Source: Candidatus Sungiibacteriota bacterium (GTDB taxonomy: Bacteria; Patescibacteriota; Minisyncoccia; Sungbacterales; SURF-37). From it: 64,000 nt of DNA. Shown piece after piece: positions 1 through 9,389 of the stretch. Position 1 is the first letter of the stretch. Each line of letters opens with the position of its first letter. Made by a program: the position numbers and the translations under genes. The notes under the pieces were generated by a model. The model made no database searches and had not been told where the DNA came from. It saw only the letters and a list, made by a program, of their open reading frames with translations. The stretch is from assembly GCA_016186145.1 (NCBI GenBank), contig JACPMF010000010.1, positions 8,053 to 72,052 of the forward strand, in the 5' to 3' direction.

Positions 1-1
1 C

Positions 2-286
2 GCAGCGGGCATGGCAAAGCTTTTGAAAATCGGCGATAAATACTTTGTGAGATTTGAAAATGATTTTAAAGTTACCAACGGTCCGGATCTTTTTGTCTAT
101 TTCGGGAAAAACGGGCGCTATACGGCAAACGCGAGAATCGGCGAATTGAAAGGTAACATTGGATCCCAAAATTACGAAGTGCCGGAAAACATCGATCCGT
201 CTGAATATAATGAAGTTTGGGTTTGGTGTCGGGCGTTCTCCGTACCGTTTGGCAGCGCCCAACTGGAAATCGCGGACGCAGAATAA
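2..286 (+). CDS. DM13 domain protein (5' partial)
   Basis: GPDLFVY...LKGNIGSQNY..P..ID...VWVWCRAFSVPFG motif; frame is open to the window edge. Confidence 0.85.
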   Translation, partial: AAGMAKLLKIGDKYFVRFENDFKVTNGPDLFVYFGKNGRYTANARIGELKGNIGSQNYEVPENIDPSEYNEVWVWCRAFSVPFGSAQLEIADAE

Positions 287-291
287 CAAAC

Positions 292-504
292 ATGCGATAC
301 CAAGTTTCCGTAAAACTGCGTAAGGATTTTATTGAAGTAAACGGCAACACGATCACCATTGGTGTCACCGCTCCGCCGGAACACGGGAGGGCAAATGAGG
401 AGGTTATAAGAAAAATCGCCGAGTATTTTCGCATCCCGCGCTCTTCTGTCAGAATCCTTGCGGGCAGAGGGGTAAAAAAGAAAATCATTGAAGTGATAGC
501 GTAA
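292..504 (+). CDS. DUF167/YggU family protein
   Basis: VTAPPEHGRANEEVIRKIAEYF...VRILAG..KKKIIEV; ATG at 292. Confidence 0.85.
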   Translation: MRYQVSVKLRKDFIEVNGNTITIGVTAPPEHGRANEEVIRKIAEYFRIPRSSVRILAGRGVKKKIIEVIA

Positions 505-529
505 AAACCCGGCGCGAGCCGGGTTTTTT
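504..529 (+). terminator. Intrinsic terminator, likely bidirectional
   Basis: aaaacccggc-gcga-gccgggtttttt between convergent genes. Confidence 0.8.
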
Positions 530-555
530 GTACACATAACGGCTGGAATTCTTGT

Positions 556-1113
556 TTAAAACTTGACGGCAACCGGGGCCCGCGCGGCTTCTTCCTCCAA
601 ATCGAAAAGCTGCATCTTTCCAAATCCGAACATTCGACCAATAATATTTGAAGGAAAAGACTCAATGGCGATATTCAGATCGCGGACGTTGGCGTTATAA
701 AATCTGCGGGCCGCCTGAATTTTATTTTCAGTATCGGCAAGCTCCCTCTGCAAATCAAGAAAGTTGGCGTTTGCTTTCAAATCCGGATAATTTTCAGAAA
801 CGGCAAAAAGTGTTTTGAGGGTGCTTGAAAGCGCATTCTCGGCCCGGGCGTGTTCTTCAAGCGTTTGAGCGCCCATCGCCTGCGTTCTTGCCTTTGTGAC
901 ATTTTCCAAAACACCCCGTTCATGCGCCGCATACCCTTTTACGGTCTCGACAACATTCGGAATAAGGTCATATCGCCGTTTCAACTGCACTTCAATATCC
1001 GACCACGCCTCTTTTGCCTGATTCACCAACCGGACGAAACGATTGTAAGCAAAAACAACCCATATTATTACTAGCGCTGGTACTCCAAGTATAATCCAAG
1101 TAATATAACTCAT
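556..1113 (-). CDS. lemA: LemA family protein
   Basis: N-terminal TM helix; AWSDIEVQLKRRYDLIPN, ENYPDLKAN, RRFYNANV. Confidence 0.95.
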   Translation of the reverse strand: MSYITWIILGVPALVIIWVVFAYNRFVRLVNQAKEAWSDIEVQLKRRYDLIPNVVETVKGYAAHERGVLENVTKARTQAMGAQTLEEHARAENALSSTLKTLFAVSENYPDLKANANFLDLQRELADTENKIQAARRFYNANVRDLNIAIESFPSNIIGRMFGFGKMQLFDLEEEAARAPVAVKF

Positions 1114-1120
1114 CATTATA

Positions 1121-1310
1121 AATTCAAAATACAAAGGTCAAAATGCAAAATGACAAATTTTCGCCAGTGGCGGATCCCCGCCTGCTCGCCTCGCTGAAGC
1201 TCCGGCGAAGCGGGCCGGCCGGCACGGCGCCTTGGGCGGAAAAATTCAAAAAGAATTCTTTTTGCATTTTTCTTTTTTCATTTTGATATTTGATTTTTTA
1301 TTTTTAAATT
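1121..1310. repeat. Nested palindromic repeat: heptamer-repeat arms around a GC-rich composite hairpin
   Basis: CAAAATG-like repeats left, CATTTTG-like right; the core 1169-1244 is identical to 20236-20311. Confidence 0.85.
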
Positions 1311-1313
1311 CAC

Positions 1314-1730
1314 TTAATTAATAATGATTTTCCCTTTCATGCCCGGCAAAGAATGGTCGTGCATAGGACAGGTTGCCGGCGCTTCAAAAACATACGTATA
1401 CATCTCCCCTTTTGCAATACCCCTCCGTGAATCGAATCCGGGACAAAGCAAATGAGTCGGGTGCACGCCTGAAGCGGGCCAATGAGGATCGACGTCTTCA
1501 TTGACAAACACGACCTCATCGCCGGCATTAATGGTCAGCTCCCCCGGAACAAATTGGTTATCCTTCATCATAATGCGATGGCTTGCCCGAGAGGCCGAAG
1601 TACCGAGCTCGTCTTGCGCTCCACTTTCCCAAACATCATTTGCCATTGGTGTACGAAAGACAAAAACCGCCACAACCACAACGATTGCTCCAAGAATGAC
1701 TACAATGATCCAACCGAATTTAGTATTCAT
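1314..1730 (-). CDS. Membrane-anchored cupredoxin/plastocyanin-like protein
   Basis: FVPGELTINAGDEVVFVN, HWPASGVHPTH, MHDH..PGMKGKI. Confidence 0.8.
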   Translation of the reverse strand: MNTKFGWIIVVILGAIVVVVAVFVFRTPMANDVWESGAQDELGTSASRASHRIMMKDNQFVPGELTINAGDEVVFVNEDVDPHWPASGVHPTHLLCPGFDSRRGIAKGEMYTYVFEAPATCPMHDHSLPGMKGKIIIN

Positions 1731-1744
1731 ATTTACTTCGCTCT

Positions 1745-1828
1745 ATCAACGAATAACAAATCTTTTACGAATTTACAAATAAGCAACTGAATTCGTATAT
1801 TCGCACTAAATTCGCAATTCGCTGATAA
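1745..1828. repeat. ACGAAT/ATTCGT-type imperfect inverted repeat
   Basis: acgaat..acgaat / attcgt..attcgc..attcgc; same family at 22427-22502 and 37627-37720. Confidence 0.7.
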
Positions 1829-1829
1829 A

Positions 1830-2648
1830 TCATTTAATCTCATATACCAGCATCACATTCACCTTGACTTCCTGCGAGCCGGGCTCTATTGGCGGCGTTC
1901 CTCCGCCTAAATCTCCCCCCTTAGCTTCAAGCGCAAAACTTCTAAACGGAATTGGGAAACCCTCTCTTTCAGAAACAGAAATAAGTTTTCCCAAGCGGAA
2001 ACTGCCGGCAGAAGCAGTGGCCTTGGCCTTATCTTTTGCCTTGAGAATCGCCTCTTCCCGCGCTTTTTGCTGAAGCAGGTCCGGATCATCAATTGTAAAA
2101 GTTGGACCGGAAACCGTGTTCGCGCCTCGCTCCACAACTCCGGCAACAATGTCTCCGGCTTTATTTAAATCTCTCGCTTTTACCAAAATATTTTGACTGA
2201 TACTGTAACCCACAATCTCTTGCGGAGGACATGGCTTTATCGGCGCTGTCTCATTCAGAATCCTAACCGGCGGGCACGAGAAATACTGATAGCGAGGCGT
2301 AATACTATAATACTGCGTTTTAATGTCTTTGTCAGCAACTCCGCTTTCTTTAACAAAGCTTACTATACGGTTCGCCTTGTTGCTGTTTTCTTTTTGCAGA
2401 TCAGAAAGATTTTTACCGCCTTCGGTCAGTATCCCGAAAGAAAGCTCAGCAACATCCGGCACAGCAACCACTTTCCCTTCCCCTTCGACGGAAAAACTCC
2501 GGGTTGGCACAAGGGACCGAGAATAAGACGAAACATACCAAAATCCGGAAAAGGCCAAAACGAAAACCGCTATGGTTGAAGCTGAAAGAAACACCGAGAG
2601 TGCCGCGGAAACTCTGAAAAAACTGAATCTTTGCATAAAGTTATCCAT
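1830..2648 (-). CDS. SIMPL domain (DUF541) protein
   Basis: SVEGEGKVVAVPDVAELSFG, AREEAILKAKDKA, IEPGSQEVKVNV. Confidence 0.92.
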   Translation of the reverse strand: MDNFMQRFSFFRVSAALSVFLSASTIAVFVLAFSGFWYVSSYSRSLVPTRSFSVEGEGKVVAVPDVAELSFGILTEGGKNLSDLQKENSNKANRIVSFVKESGVADKDIKTQYYSITPRYQYFSCPPVRILNETAPIKPCPPQEIVGYSISQNILVKARDLNKAGDIVAGVVERGANTVSGPTFTIDDPDLLQQKAREEAILKAKDKAKATASAGSFRLGKLISVSEREGFPIPFRSFALEAKGGDLGGGTPPIEPGSQEVKVNVMLVYEIK

Positions 2649-2665
2649 ATACACTTTATATCACA

Positions 2666-3643
2666 CTACGGCATAGTAAACAACCTTTTTGCCTCATCCC
2701 ACATTTCCGGTTTTTCATGCTCCTTTTTAAGCCAATACCACCATTCAACCCCCCAAAAATAGACTTCATGAAAACCGGTTGCGCGCGCGTATTCAACATT
2801 CCTTTTTAATTTTTCCGGATTCATAAGCGAGAGCTGCTCATTAAGATTTTTTTCTGACGGAAACTCCGCCATCCACGGTTCGGCTTGCAACTCAACGATA
2901 ATAATTGGTTTTTTACCGTATATCATTTCCACAAGCCGGGCTTTCATTCTAAAATAACCGGGCCTCAACGGATAGGTAAAATTTCCGAGAAACTCATTCC
3001 AGACGGTCCGATAGAGCGTCGTACCAAAGATGTCCGAACGCGAATACGCCGGAGCCCAAATCGAAAGTTCGCCGGAATCAGTTACCACAATCGGCCGATC
3101 ATCCAAAGCGCGAAACCGGCTTATTTCGACGTCAATAAAACGAGCATCATAGTCTTTGCACTCTCCGAAAGGCAAGAAAGGTTCATTTTCAATCTGCCAA
3201 TACCGGAGAACCTGACGCTCGCGATAACGGTTTAATATCTCTCCCAAAAAACTGAGCAGATAAGCATGGCGCTCCTGGCGCGACTTTTCTGAAACCCAGG
3301 AAGGAATATGGCATTCGGGCCAGCGCGGAAGCTTCTCGCCCACGGCAAGAATCACGTCAACCCCGCGCCGTTCGGCTTCCTGAAGCATAAAATCGAGATC
3401 AGAGAAATCGAACTCGCTCTCCTTTGGCTCATACTCGTCCCAATAAACGGGAATCCTGAGGTGCTTTACACCCAAATCGTCAAGAATGGCAATATAAGTC
3501 TCTTTCCAATCAAGGTTCAGCGTATCGCGAGCATACGGCGCCGAAAACGTAACTCCATAGAGAACAGAATCCGGGACCGGAACCGGACGGCTCAAAAACC
3601 AAATGGCAATCAATATGAGGCCGATGAGAGATAGATATTTCAT
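2666..3643 (-). CDS. Glycoside hydrolase, clan GH-A (GH42/GH5-like)
   Basis: LRIPVYWD..EP, KLPRWPECHIP, WQIENEP acid/base, ELQAEPW nucleophile. Confidence 0.75.
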   Translation of the reverse strand: MKYLSLIGLILIAIWFLSRPVPVPDSVLYGVTFSAPYARDTLNLDWKETYIAILDDLGVKHLRIPVYWDEYEPKESEFDFSDLDFMLQEAERRGVDVILAVGEKLPRWPECHIPSWVSEKSRQERHAYLLSFLGEILNRYRERQVLRYWQIENEPFLPFGECKDYDARFIDVEISRFRALDDRPIVVTDSGELSIWAPAYSRSDIFGTTLYRTVWNEFLGNFTYPLRPGYFRMKARLVEMIYGKKPIIIVELQAEPWMAEFPSEKNLNEQLSLMNPEKLKRNVEYARATGFHEVYFWGVEWWYWLKKEHEKPEMWDEAKRLFTMP

Positions 3644-3708
3644 GCGAATTTTGTCGAAATTTTGGAGCGAATTTGTTTTGTGAATAAAATTTCGCTACAA
3701 AATTCAGC

Positions 3709-3854
3709 ACCCTGTTAAATAATTTCGCCTTTGGCGAAATTAACTTTAAATTTTCTGCATATATCATTTTTTATTATATGCGTATCTTGAAATCACTGAA
3801 GTACAAAAAATTTTATACTGGTTATGCAGAAAATTTAAAGTTATTTAACAGGGT
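3709..3854. mobile_element. MITE-like element with 31-bp terminal inverted repeats (ACCC...GGGT ends)
   Basis: accctgttaaat[21-bp hairpin insert]aactttaaattttctgcat ... atgcagaaaatttaaagttatttaacagggt. Confidence 0.7.
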
Positions 3855-3911
3855 AAAAGTTTGGCAGCTAAATTTTCTGCGCCTACGGCTTGAAAATTTA
3901 GGCCAAGCCCT

Positions 3912-4838
3912 TTATTGAAATGCCAATAGCGCAAGCGCCACGGCTATAAGTAAAATTGCGAATGCTTTTTCAAATATAATAAGCGGCGTAACTTCCTCCT
4001 CCAAAAATTTGGGGCGGAGCCGTGAAATCAAAAGCGCAAAAATGAAGATAAGAACATACTCAATACCCTGCAAGGCGTTAACCAAGGAAACGCTCGGCGC
4101 GATTGAAATCGCAAAACTTACAAGAAAAAAGCCAAGAGCGCCTAAAATCTTGTTAATAAAAAACGCGCCGATGGTCGTACGATCCGCCATGCGCGGAGCC
4201 TCAAAAATTGATTCGCGGCTGGCGCTAAAAAACAAGAACGGGAGCACACCGACAAAACCGCCGATACGAGTCCAGATAAAACCGTTTATAAAATCGGTCT
4301 CGTTAAAAACGGCTTTTTCATATACGTAGGTAACCCCAAAAAGAAACGAAGCGAGCACGAGCCAGCCGACGTTTTTGAGATCGCTGATGTTAAACCTTCC
4401 ATCTTTTTTGTGAGTTAATGAAATCAAAATGCTCCCGGCGACAAGAATGAGAAATGCGACGAACTCCCACCGTGATAGCGTTTCGCCCAAAATTCCACGA
4501 GAAAGGAAAAAAACGAAAATCGGTGAAAGGCCGCCAATCACCGGCGCGACACGGGACGCCTCACCGCGCTGAATCGCGATGTAGAAGAAAAAAAGCGCGA
4601 ACGTGAACGCAACGCCGGAAATAAAGGCATCGGTTATAACATTTGTCTCGGGAACAAAAAAACTTATCGGCGCCAAGAAAAAAGCTCCCAGCCCTAATAC
4701 TCCAACCCAAAAAACATACGTTGATGGCCTCTGAATTCTTTGCGCAAGAAGAAATTTATCGAGGATAACCGCAAACGCATGGAACGAATACGCGATTATA
4801 GTCACCGGCAGCCAACCGATAAGGTAAAGAAAGGTCAT
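3912..4838 (-). CDS. EamA/DMT family transporter
   Basis: About 10 TM helices; AIQRGEASRVAP..GLSPIF...GETL. Confidence 0.85.
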   Translation of the reverse strand: MTFLYLIGWLPVTIIAYSFHAFAVILDKFLLAQRIQRPSTYVFWVGVLGLGAFFLAPISFFVPETNVITDAFISGVAFTFALFFFYIAIQRGEASRVAPVIGGLSPIFVFFLSRGILGETLSRWEFVAFLILVAGSILISLTHKKDGRFNISDLKNVGWLVLASFLFGVTYVYEKAVFNETDFINGFIWTRIGGFVGVLPFLFFSASRESIFEAPRMADRTTIGAFFINKILGALGFFLVSFAISIAPSVSLVNALQGIEYVLIFIFALLISRLRPKFLEEEVTPLIIFEKAFAILLIAVALALLAFQ

Positions 4839-4930
4839 TAATATATTTTAGCGTATTTTGTCTATAAAATGGATTGCAAATAAACAGTTGTTATGTTATG
4901 ATTACAGGGCAAAAAACACAGGGAGGGCTT

Positions 4931-5125
4931 ATGAAATTCTTGACTGGCGCTATTTGGTTCGGCTCTTTATTAATCGCTTTTGGCGTAGGATACACCGTGG
5001 CGTCAGGCGATCCCAGCCTTTTGGGAACCGTAGTGGCAGTCGTCGGAATGACGATTACCGTATTTTTTGGGACAGTGAAAATATTAGTATGGGACCAACA
5101 GAATCCAAAAAGTAGCGAGCCTTAA
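4931..5125 (+). CDS. Small two-TM hypothetical protein
   Basis: GGGAGG SD before ATG 4931; two hydrophobic segments. Confidence 0.65.
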   Translation: MKFLTGAIWFGSLLIAFGVGYTVASGDPSLLGTVVAVVGMTITVFFGTVKILVWDQQNPKSSEP

Positions 5126-5207
5126 TGCTCGCTCTTTGTTTTCCATCAACAATGACGTCACAGCAAGCCTGTTAAGATTTAGCTATAACACATATGCTAA
5201 ACTAGAA

Positions 5208-6293
5208 ATGAAGTTTAGTATCATAAAAACCTGGTTCGAGAAGTATGAGCGCCTTTTTGCGCCGGTTGTATTTATTGCCGGTTTTCTTTGGGACTCGCTC
5301 ATGCTCACACGAATCGACCTGTGGTACGACCACGCGGCATTAATAAGTTATTTGCTTATTGCCGGAACCGGCATCTTGCTGATAAACGCATACCAATCAG
5401 GACGCGCGCGATTTCGTTTTCTCGAAGAATACGCCGCCCTCCTGACGCTTCCCATTCAATTTGCTTTCGGCGCGCTTTTCAGCGGTTTTTTCATTTTTTA
5501 TTCGCGCTCGGCCTCGCTTGCATCAAGCTGGCCGTTTCTCGCATTTCTTACATTCTTTCTCGTCGGCAATGAATTTTTCCGCAGACGTTACACCATATTC
5601 ATTTTTCAACTAAGTATATTTTTCATTGCTCTTTTCTCATACACGACCTTTGCCTTGCCGATCTTTTTCGGCAAAATGGGCAGCTCGATTTTCTTCACGA
5701 GCGGCCTCATAAGCGTCGCCGCAATCCTAATTTTCATCTTGTTTCTCTCCCGCATCACCCGCGACGGCATTTCCAAACACCGAAAACCGCTTTTTTACAG
5801 CATCGGGAGTATTTATGCCGCGTTTAACATCTTTTACTTTTCCAATATCATTCCACCGATTCCCCTGTCTCTAAAAGAAATCGGAGTTTACCATTCGGTA
5901 GTGAAAACCGGCGACGGTTACATCCTCCTCGCAGAACCGGCGCCAAAGTATATTCTCTTCCAAAATTACTCCGGCATATTCCACAGAACAGAAGGAGAAG
6001 CAACTTATGTCTACAGCGCTATTTTTGCGCCAACCAAACTTTCTGCAAAAATTTTCCACCGTTGGCAGTACTTTGATGACAAAAGCCGCGAATGGACTGA
6101 AACCGATTACATCCAATATGCAATCGTTGGGGGCAGAGACGGCGGATACCGCGGATTCACGCTGAAACAAAACATTGTGCCCGGCCTGTGGCGCGTTGAT
6201 GTTGTTACTGACCGCGGACAACTTCTCGGCCGCATAAAATTCCGCGTGATCCCCGCAGAAACACCGCCGGATTTGAAAGCGATAGAAAGATAA
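5208..6293 (+). CDS. DUF2914 domain membrane protein
   Basis: Multi-TM; C-terminal SAIFAP...HRW...GGRDGGYRG...PGLWRVDV. Confidence 0.85.
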   Translation: MKFSIIKTWFEKYERLFAPVVFIAGFLWDSLMLTRIDLWYDHAALISYLLIAGTGILLINAYQSGRARFRFLEEYAALLTLPIQFAFGALFSGFFIFYSRSASLASSWPFLAFLTFFLVGNEFFRRRYTIFIFQLSIFFIALFSYTTFALPIFFGKMGSSIFFTSGLISVAAILIFILFLSRITRDGISKHRKPLFYSIGSIYAAFNIFYFSNIIPPIPLSLKEIGVYHSVVKTGDGYILLAEPAPKYILFQNYSGIFHRTEGEATYVYSAIFAPTKLSAKIFHRWQYFDDKSREWTETDYIQYAIVGGRDGGYRGFTLKQNIVPGLWRVDVVTDRGQLLGRIKFRVIPAETPPDLKAIER

Positions 6294-6331
6294 TGTTAGA
6301 GTTCCGGCAAAAGGGTGCTAATTTATAAACC

Positions 6332-7447
6332 ATGGAGCAAGAAAAAATAGCCAAAGCAGAAAAAATTCCTGCCGCGGAAAAAACTGAAGGCATTTCACGC
6401 CGCGAGTTCCTCAAAACTGCCGGCTTTTTGAGCGCGCTTATTGCCGGTAAACCAGAAGAAGCAGCGGCTCTTCTTGAAAAAGCCGTAGAACCCAAAGAAG
6501 CCGACAAAGAAAAAGTAAAGGTTGTTTTTCGATTTTTTAACGCAATACACAAAACCGGAAAAGATGTGGAAAATCTTCCCGAGGAAATTCAAAAAGCTGA
6601 TATTTATATACCGGAAGCAGTTGGATGGAATAACGAGACCGTCGCTGACTATAAAGCGCTTGCGCGTGGAGAAATAGCGCCGAAAGAATTACTGGAAAAA
6701 TATGGAGCATACCCGGAAGATACAACCGATAACTGGCGAAGCAAAGAATTTGAAGCGTTATCCAATTCGCAAAAAATAGTTCTTTTTGCAGATCTTCCCG
6801 TGGGCCACCCGCTTTATGAAAAATACCGTGAGGGAAGAATAACCCCAACTCGCGAAATTAAAACTTTTGCTGACGTACTCGCGCAAGTAAAAAATTCTCT
6901 CAAAAATTTCGCGGAAGCGATTGCGATTCGAGAGAAACATATTGTATCCGAAATCATAACGATAAAGGAAAATATTGAGAACGGGCAATACCCGGAGTTA
7001 AAGGGAAAAAGAGCGGTTAATGTGCTTATTTTTCTCGGGGCAATACATACGCCGGTATATCACAAAATTAAAGAAATTGACGAAAACGCGTCACGAAGAT
7101 TTTCCACTATGCCATTCAATTATTCAAACTATGGCGCGGAAATAGTACGTAGATATATGTTCGGCAAAGAAGTCAGCGACGAACTTGCCGCCAAGGCATT
7201 TCTATCGGGATACATCGATTCCCTGCCGCGCTGGGCAAAGCTCAACGATACCCACAAAGCCCACCAGTACACACGCGCCGTTGTTGAACAATTCAGCCAT
7301 AAAGACATAGAAGCTTTTTTTAATGATTTACAAAATACCGATTTTTTTACCGAACGCGTGGTGCTAAAACACCTCCGGACGAAAAACATAAAAATCCCGA
7401 GTTCGGATGCCGAGCTTGACGAATTACTAAAAAAGAAAAAACACTGA
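6332..7447 (+). CDS. Hypothetical protein with twin-arginine-like N-terminal motif
   Basis: 371-aa ORF; SRREFLK. Confidence 0.75.
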   Translation: MEQEKIAKAEKIPAAEKTEGISRREFLKTAGFLSALIAGKPEEAAALLEKAVEPKEADKEKVKVVFRFFNAIHKTGKDVENLPEEIQKADIYIPEAVGWNNETVADYKALARGEIAPKELLEKYGAYPEDTTDNWRSKEFEALSNSQKIVLFADLPVGHPLYEKYREGRITPTREIKTFADVLAQVKNSLKNFAEAIAIREKHIVSEIITIKENIENGQYPELKGKRAVNVLIFLGAIHTPVYHKIKEIDENASRRFSTMPFNYSNYGAEIVRRYMFGKEVSDELAAKAFLSGYIDSLPRWAKLNDTHKAHQYTRAVVEQFSHKDIEAFFNDLQNTDFFTERVVLKHLRTKNIKIPSSDAELDELLKKKKH

Positions 7448-7576
7448 TTCCTTCATAATTACCCCGGAGCAAAATTAAATACGGATGCTGCATTCGGAGG
7501 CTTGTAAAAATCGAAAAACCGTGATACGACTAAAAGCATTCGAACCTTCACAAAAACAAGAAAGAAAGGATACGAA

Positions 7577-8767
7577 ATGAAACAGGAAAGAGAACTCAAT
7601 GCGACAACCATTCTTCAGCACGGCGGATACAGTCCTACGAAACATGGCGGTCATCTCAATCCCCCGCTGTATCTTGATATCGCTCCGGTACAACCGGATA
7701 TCGAAACAGCAGCAAAGAAATTTGCCGAGGCCGAGCTTGGCTTTACGTATATGCGTAAGGGCCACGAAAATGCTCGCATCCTTGAAAAACGCCTGGCACT
7801 GCTTGATGGCGCAGAAGACGCCCTTGTATTTGCGTCCGGAATGGCCGCGACCAATTGCCTGCTTCTTGACCTTGTAAAGCCGGGCAAAAAACTTATTACA
7901 CAACTTTCTATGTACGGGGGCACTGTTGGATTTCTTACGAAAGATTTTAGAGACGCTGGACGCGAGGTTGAATTCGTCGTTGATCCCGGAAGAACCGGCG
8001 ATTGGGAAGCGCTTGCCGATAACAACACCGCCGCCATTTGGGTTGAAATGCCATCAAATCCAAAAATCGGATTGGTTAATCTGGAGGCGATTGCGGAAAT
8101 TGCAAAATTTCGGGATATTCCATTAATTGTTGACAGTACTTTCACGCCGCTCCTGTTACGCCCGCTCAAATGGGGCGCAACAATCGTAATGCGCTCAGGA
8201 TCAAAATATGAAAATCCCGGCGGTACATCGCTTTTAGGATATGTAATGGGTCCGCGGCATTTCATAAATCCGATCCGAAACGGACGTTATGAACGCTACG
8301 GTGCTACCGCAAGCCCAATGGATTGCTGGCTTGCAGAGCTGGGGCTGCGAACGCTTTACCTACGCATGCATAGGCAATCTGAATCAGCGCTTTTTGTTGC
8401 CGGTTGGCTCAAGACCCAATCTAAAGTTAAAGAAATTTATTACCCCGGTCTAAAAACATCACCATATTTCCGACTAGCAAGAAAATATTTACCGGATGGC
8501 TGCGGCGCAGTTCTTGCTTTTGAACTGAAAGGCAGCAAGGGGGCTTGCAACCGATTTATGAAGTCGCTTAAAATCTTCAAGCACGTTATCAATCTTGGGG
8601 ATACTCGCTCTCTTGCAACATATCCTGCCGGGACTACGCATTCAAAACTTTCTCCGGACGAACTTATGAAAACCGGAATTACACCCTCGCTAATTCGCCT
8701 CTCTGTCGGACTTGAGGATCCGGTGGATCTCGTTTGGGACTTGAAGCAGGCCCTGAGTAAATGCTGA
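7577..8767 (+). CDS. PLP-dependent Cys/Met metabolism enzyme (methionine gamma-lyase / O-acylhomoserine sulfhydrylase family)
   Basis: FASGMAA, EMPSNP, VDSTF, SGSKY (PLP Lys), NLGDTRSL, LIRLSVGLED. Confidence 0.92.
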   Translation: MKQERELNATTILQHGGYSPTKHGGHLNPPLYLDIAPVQPDIETAAKKFAEAELGFTYMRKGHENARILEKRLALLDGAEDALVFASGMAATNCLLLDLVKPGKKLITQLSMYGGTVGFLTKDFRDAGREVEFVVDPGRTGDWEALADNNTAAIWVEMPSNPKIGLVNLEAIAEIAKFRDIPLIVDSTFTPLLLRPLKWGATIVMRSGSKYENPGGTSLLGYVMGPRHFINPIRNGRYERYGATASPMDCWLAELGLRTLYLRMHRQSESALFVAGWLKTQSKVKEIYYPGLKTSPYFRLARKYLPDGCGAVLAFELKGSKGACNRFMKSLKIFKHVINLGDTRSLATYPAGTTHSKLSPDELMKTGITPSLIRLSVGLEDPVDLVWDLKQALSKC

Positions 8768-8776
8768 AAATAAAAT

Positions 8777-8802
8777 AAAAGCCGTCGCAGTGACGGCTTT
8801 TT
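8777..8802 (+). terminator. Intrinsic terminator
   Basis: aaaagccgtcgcagtgacggcttttt. Confidence 0.8.
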
Positions 8803-8870
8803 AAAATGTACAACCGCACCGGAAGCGCTTGCGGTATCACCGTACCGCTTGGCGGTACTCGCGGTTGTTC

Positions 8871-9050
8871 ACCCAGCACATAAATTTACATCCGCCGTAT
8901 ATCCTAAAGCGTAAGGTATACAAGATAATTCTGAAATACAGAGATGGCCACTTATAAATTTATGTGCTGGGTTATTGTTTCGTAGCCGCAATCCACCCCA
9001 CACATAACTTATAAGTTATGTATGGGGTATTCTTGCGGACGAAACAATAA
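8871..9050. mobile_element. Composite palindromic element copy A (102-bp TIR unit plus bulged hairpin)
   Basis: acccagcacataaattta...taaatttatgtgctgggt followed by tattgtttcgt..acgaaacaata; paralog at 11067-11239. Confidence 0.75.
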
Positions 9051-9118
9051 AGTTTTCCACAATTTGGATTGTTTGCTGCCGGAAAACCATTATACTTAAT
9101 TGACAAGTAACAACTATA

Positions 9119-9352
9119 TATTATCAAGAGCGCGGTTCGCCCCGTTAGATAACTTAAGACCGAAAATATTTCCGAATACGCATGTCTAACTCATGACGAG
9201 CCACGTTGGGTAAATAATTTTTATCTAACGGGGTGAGGGCCCTGGCCCGTTGACCCGCCAGCAGCTTGTCTACGGTTAACCGTGATAAAGTGCTAAATCC
9301 AGCCTTGGTGCGCCGAAGCTTTATGCGAAGGCGACCCCTGGGAAAGATAACT
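9119..9352 (+). ncRNA. SAM-I (S-box) riboswitch with two hairpin insertions
   Basis: TTATCAAGAG..GG..GAGGG.CCTGGCCC..TGA.CC..CAGCA...GTGCTAAATCCAG...GAAAGATAA directly upstream of metK, followed by a terminator. Confidence 0.88.
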
Positions 9353-9355
9353 CAT

Positions 9356-9384
9356 CGCGTCTTTCCCCGGGAAAGGCGTTTTTA
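9356..9384 (+). terminator. Riboswitch-controlled terminator
   Basis: cgtctttccc-cg-ggaaaggcg-ttttt; its 5' arm can instead pair with gggaaagat (antiterminator). Confidence 0.8.
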
Positions 9385-9389
9385 ATTAA

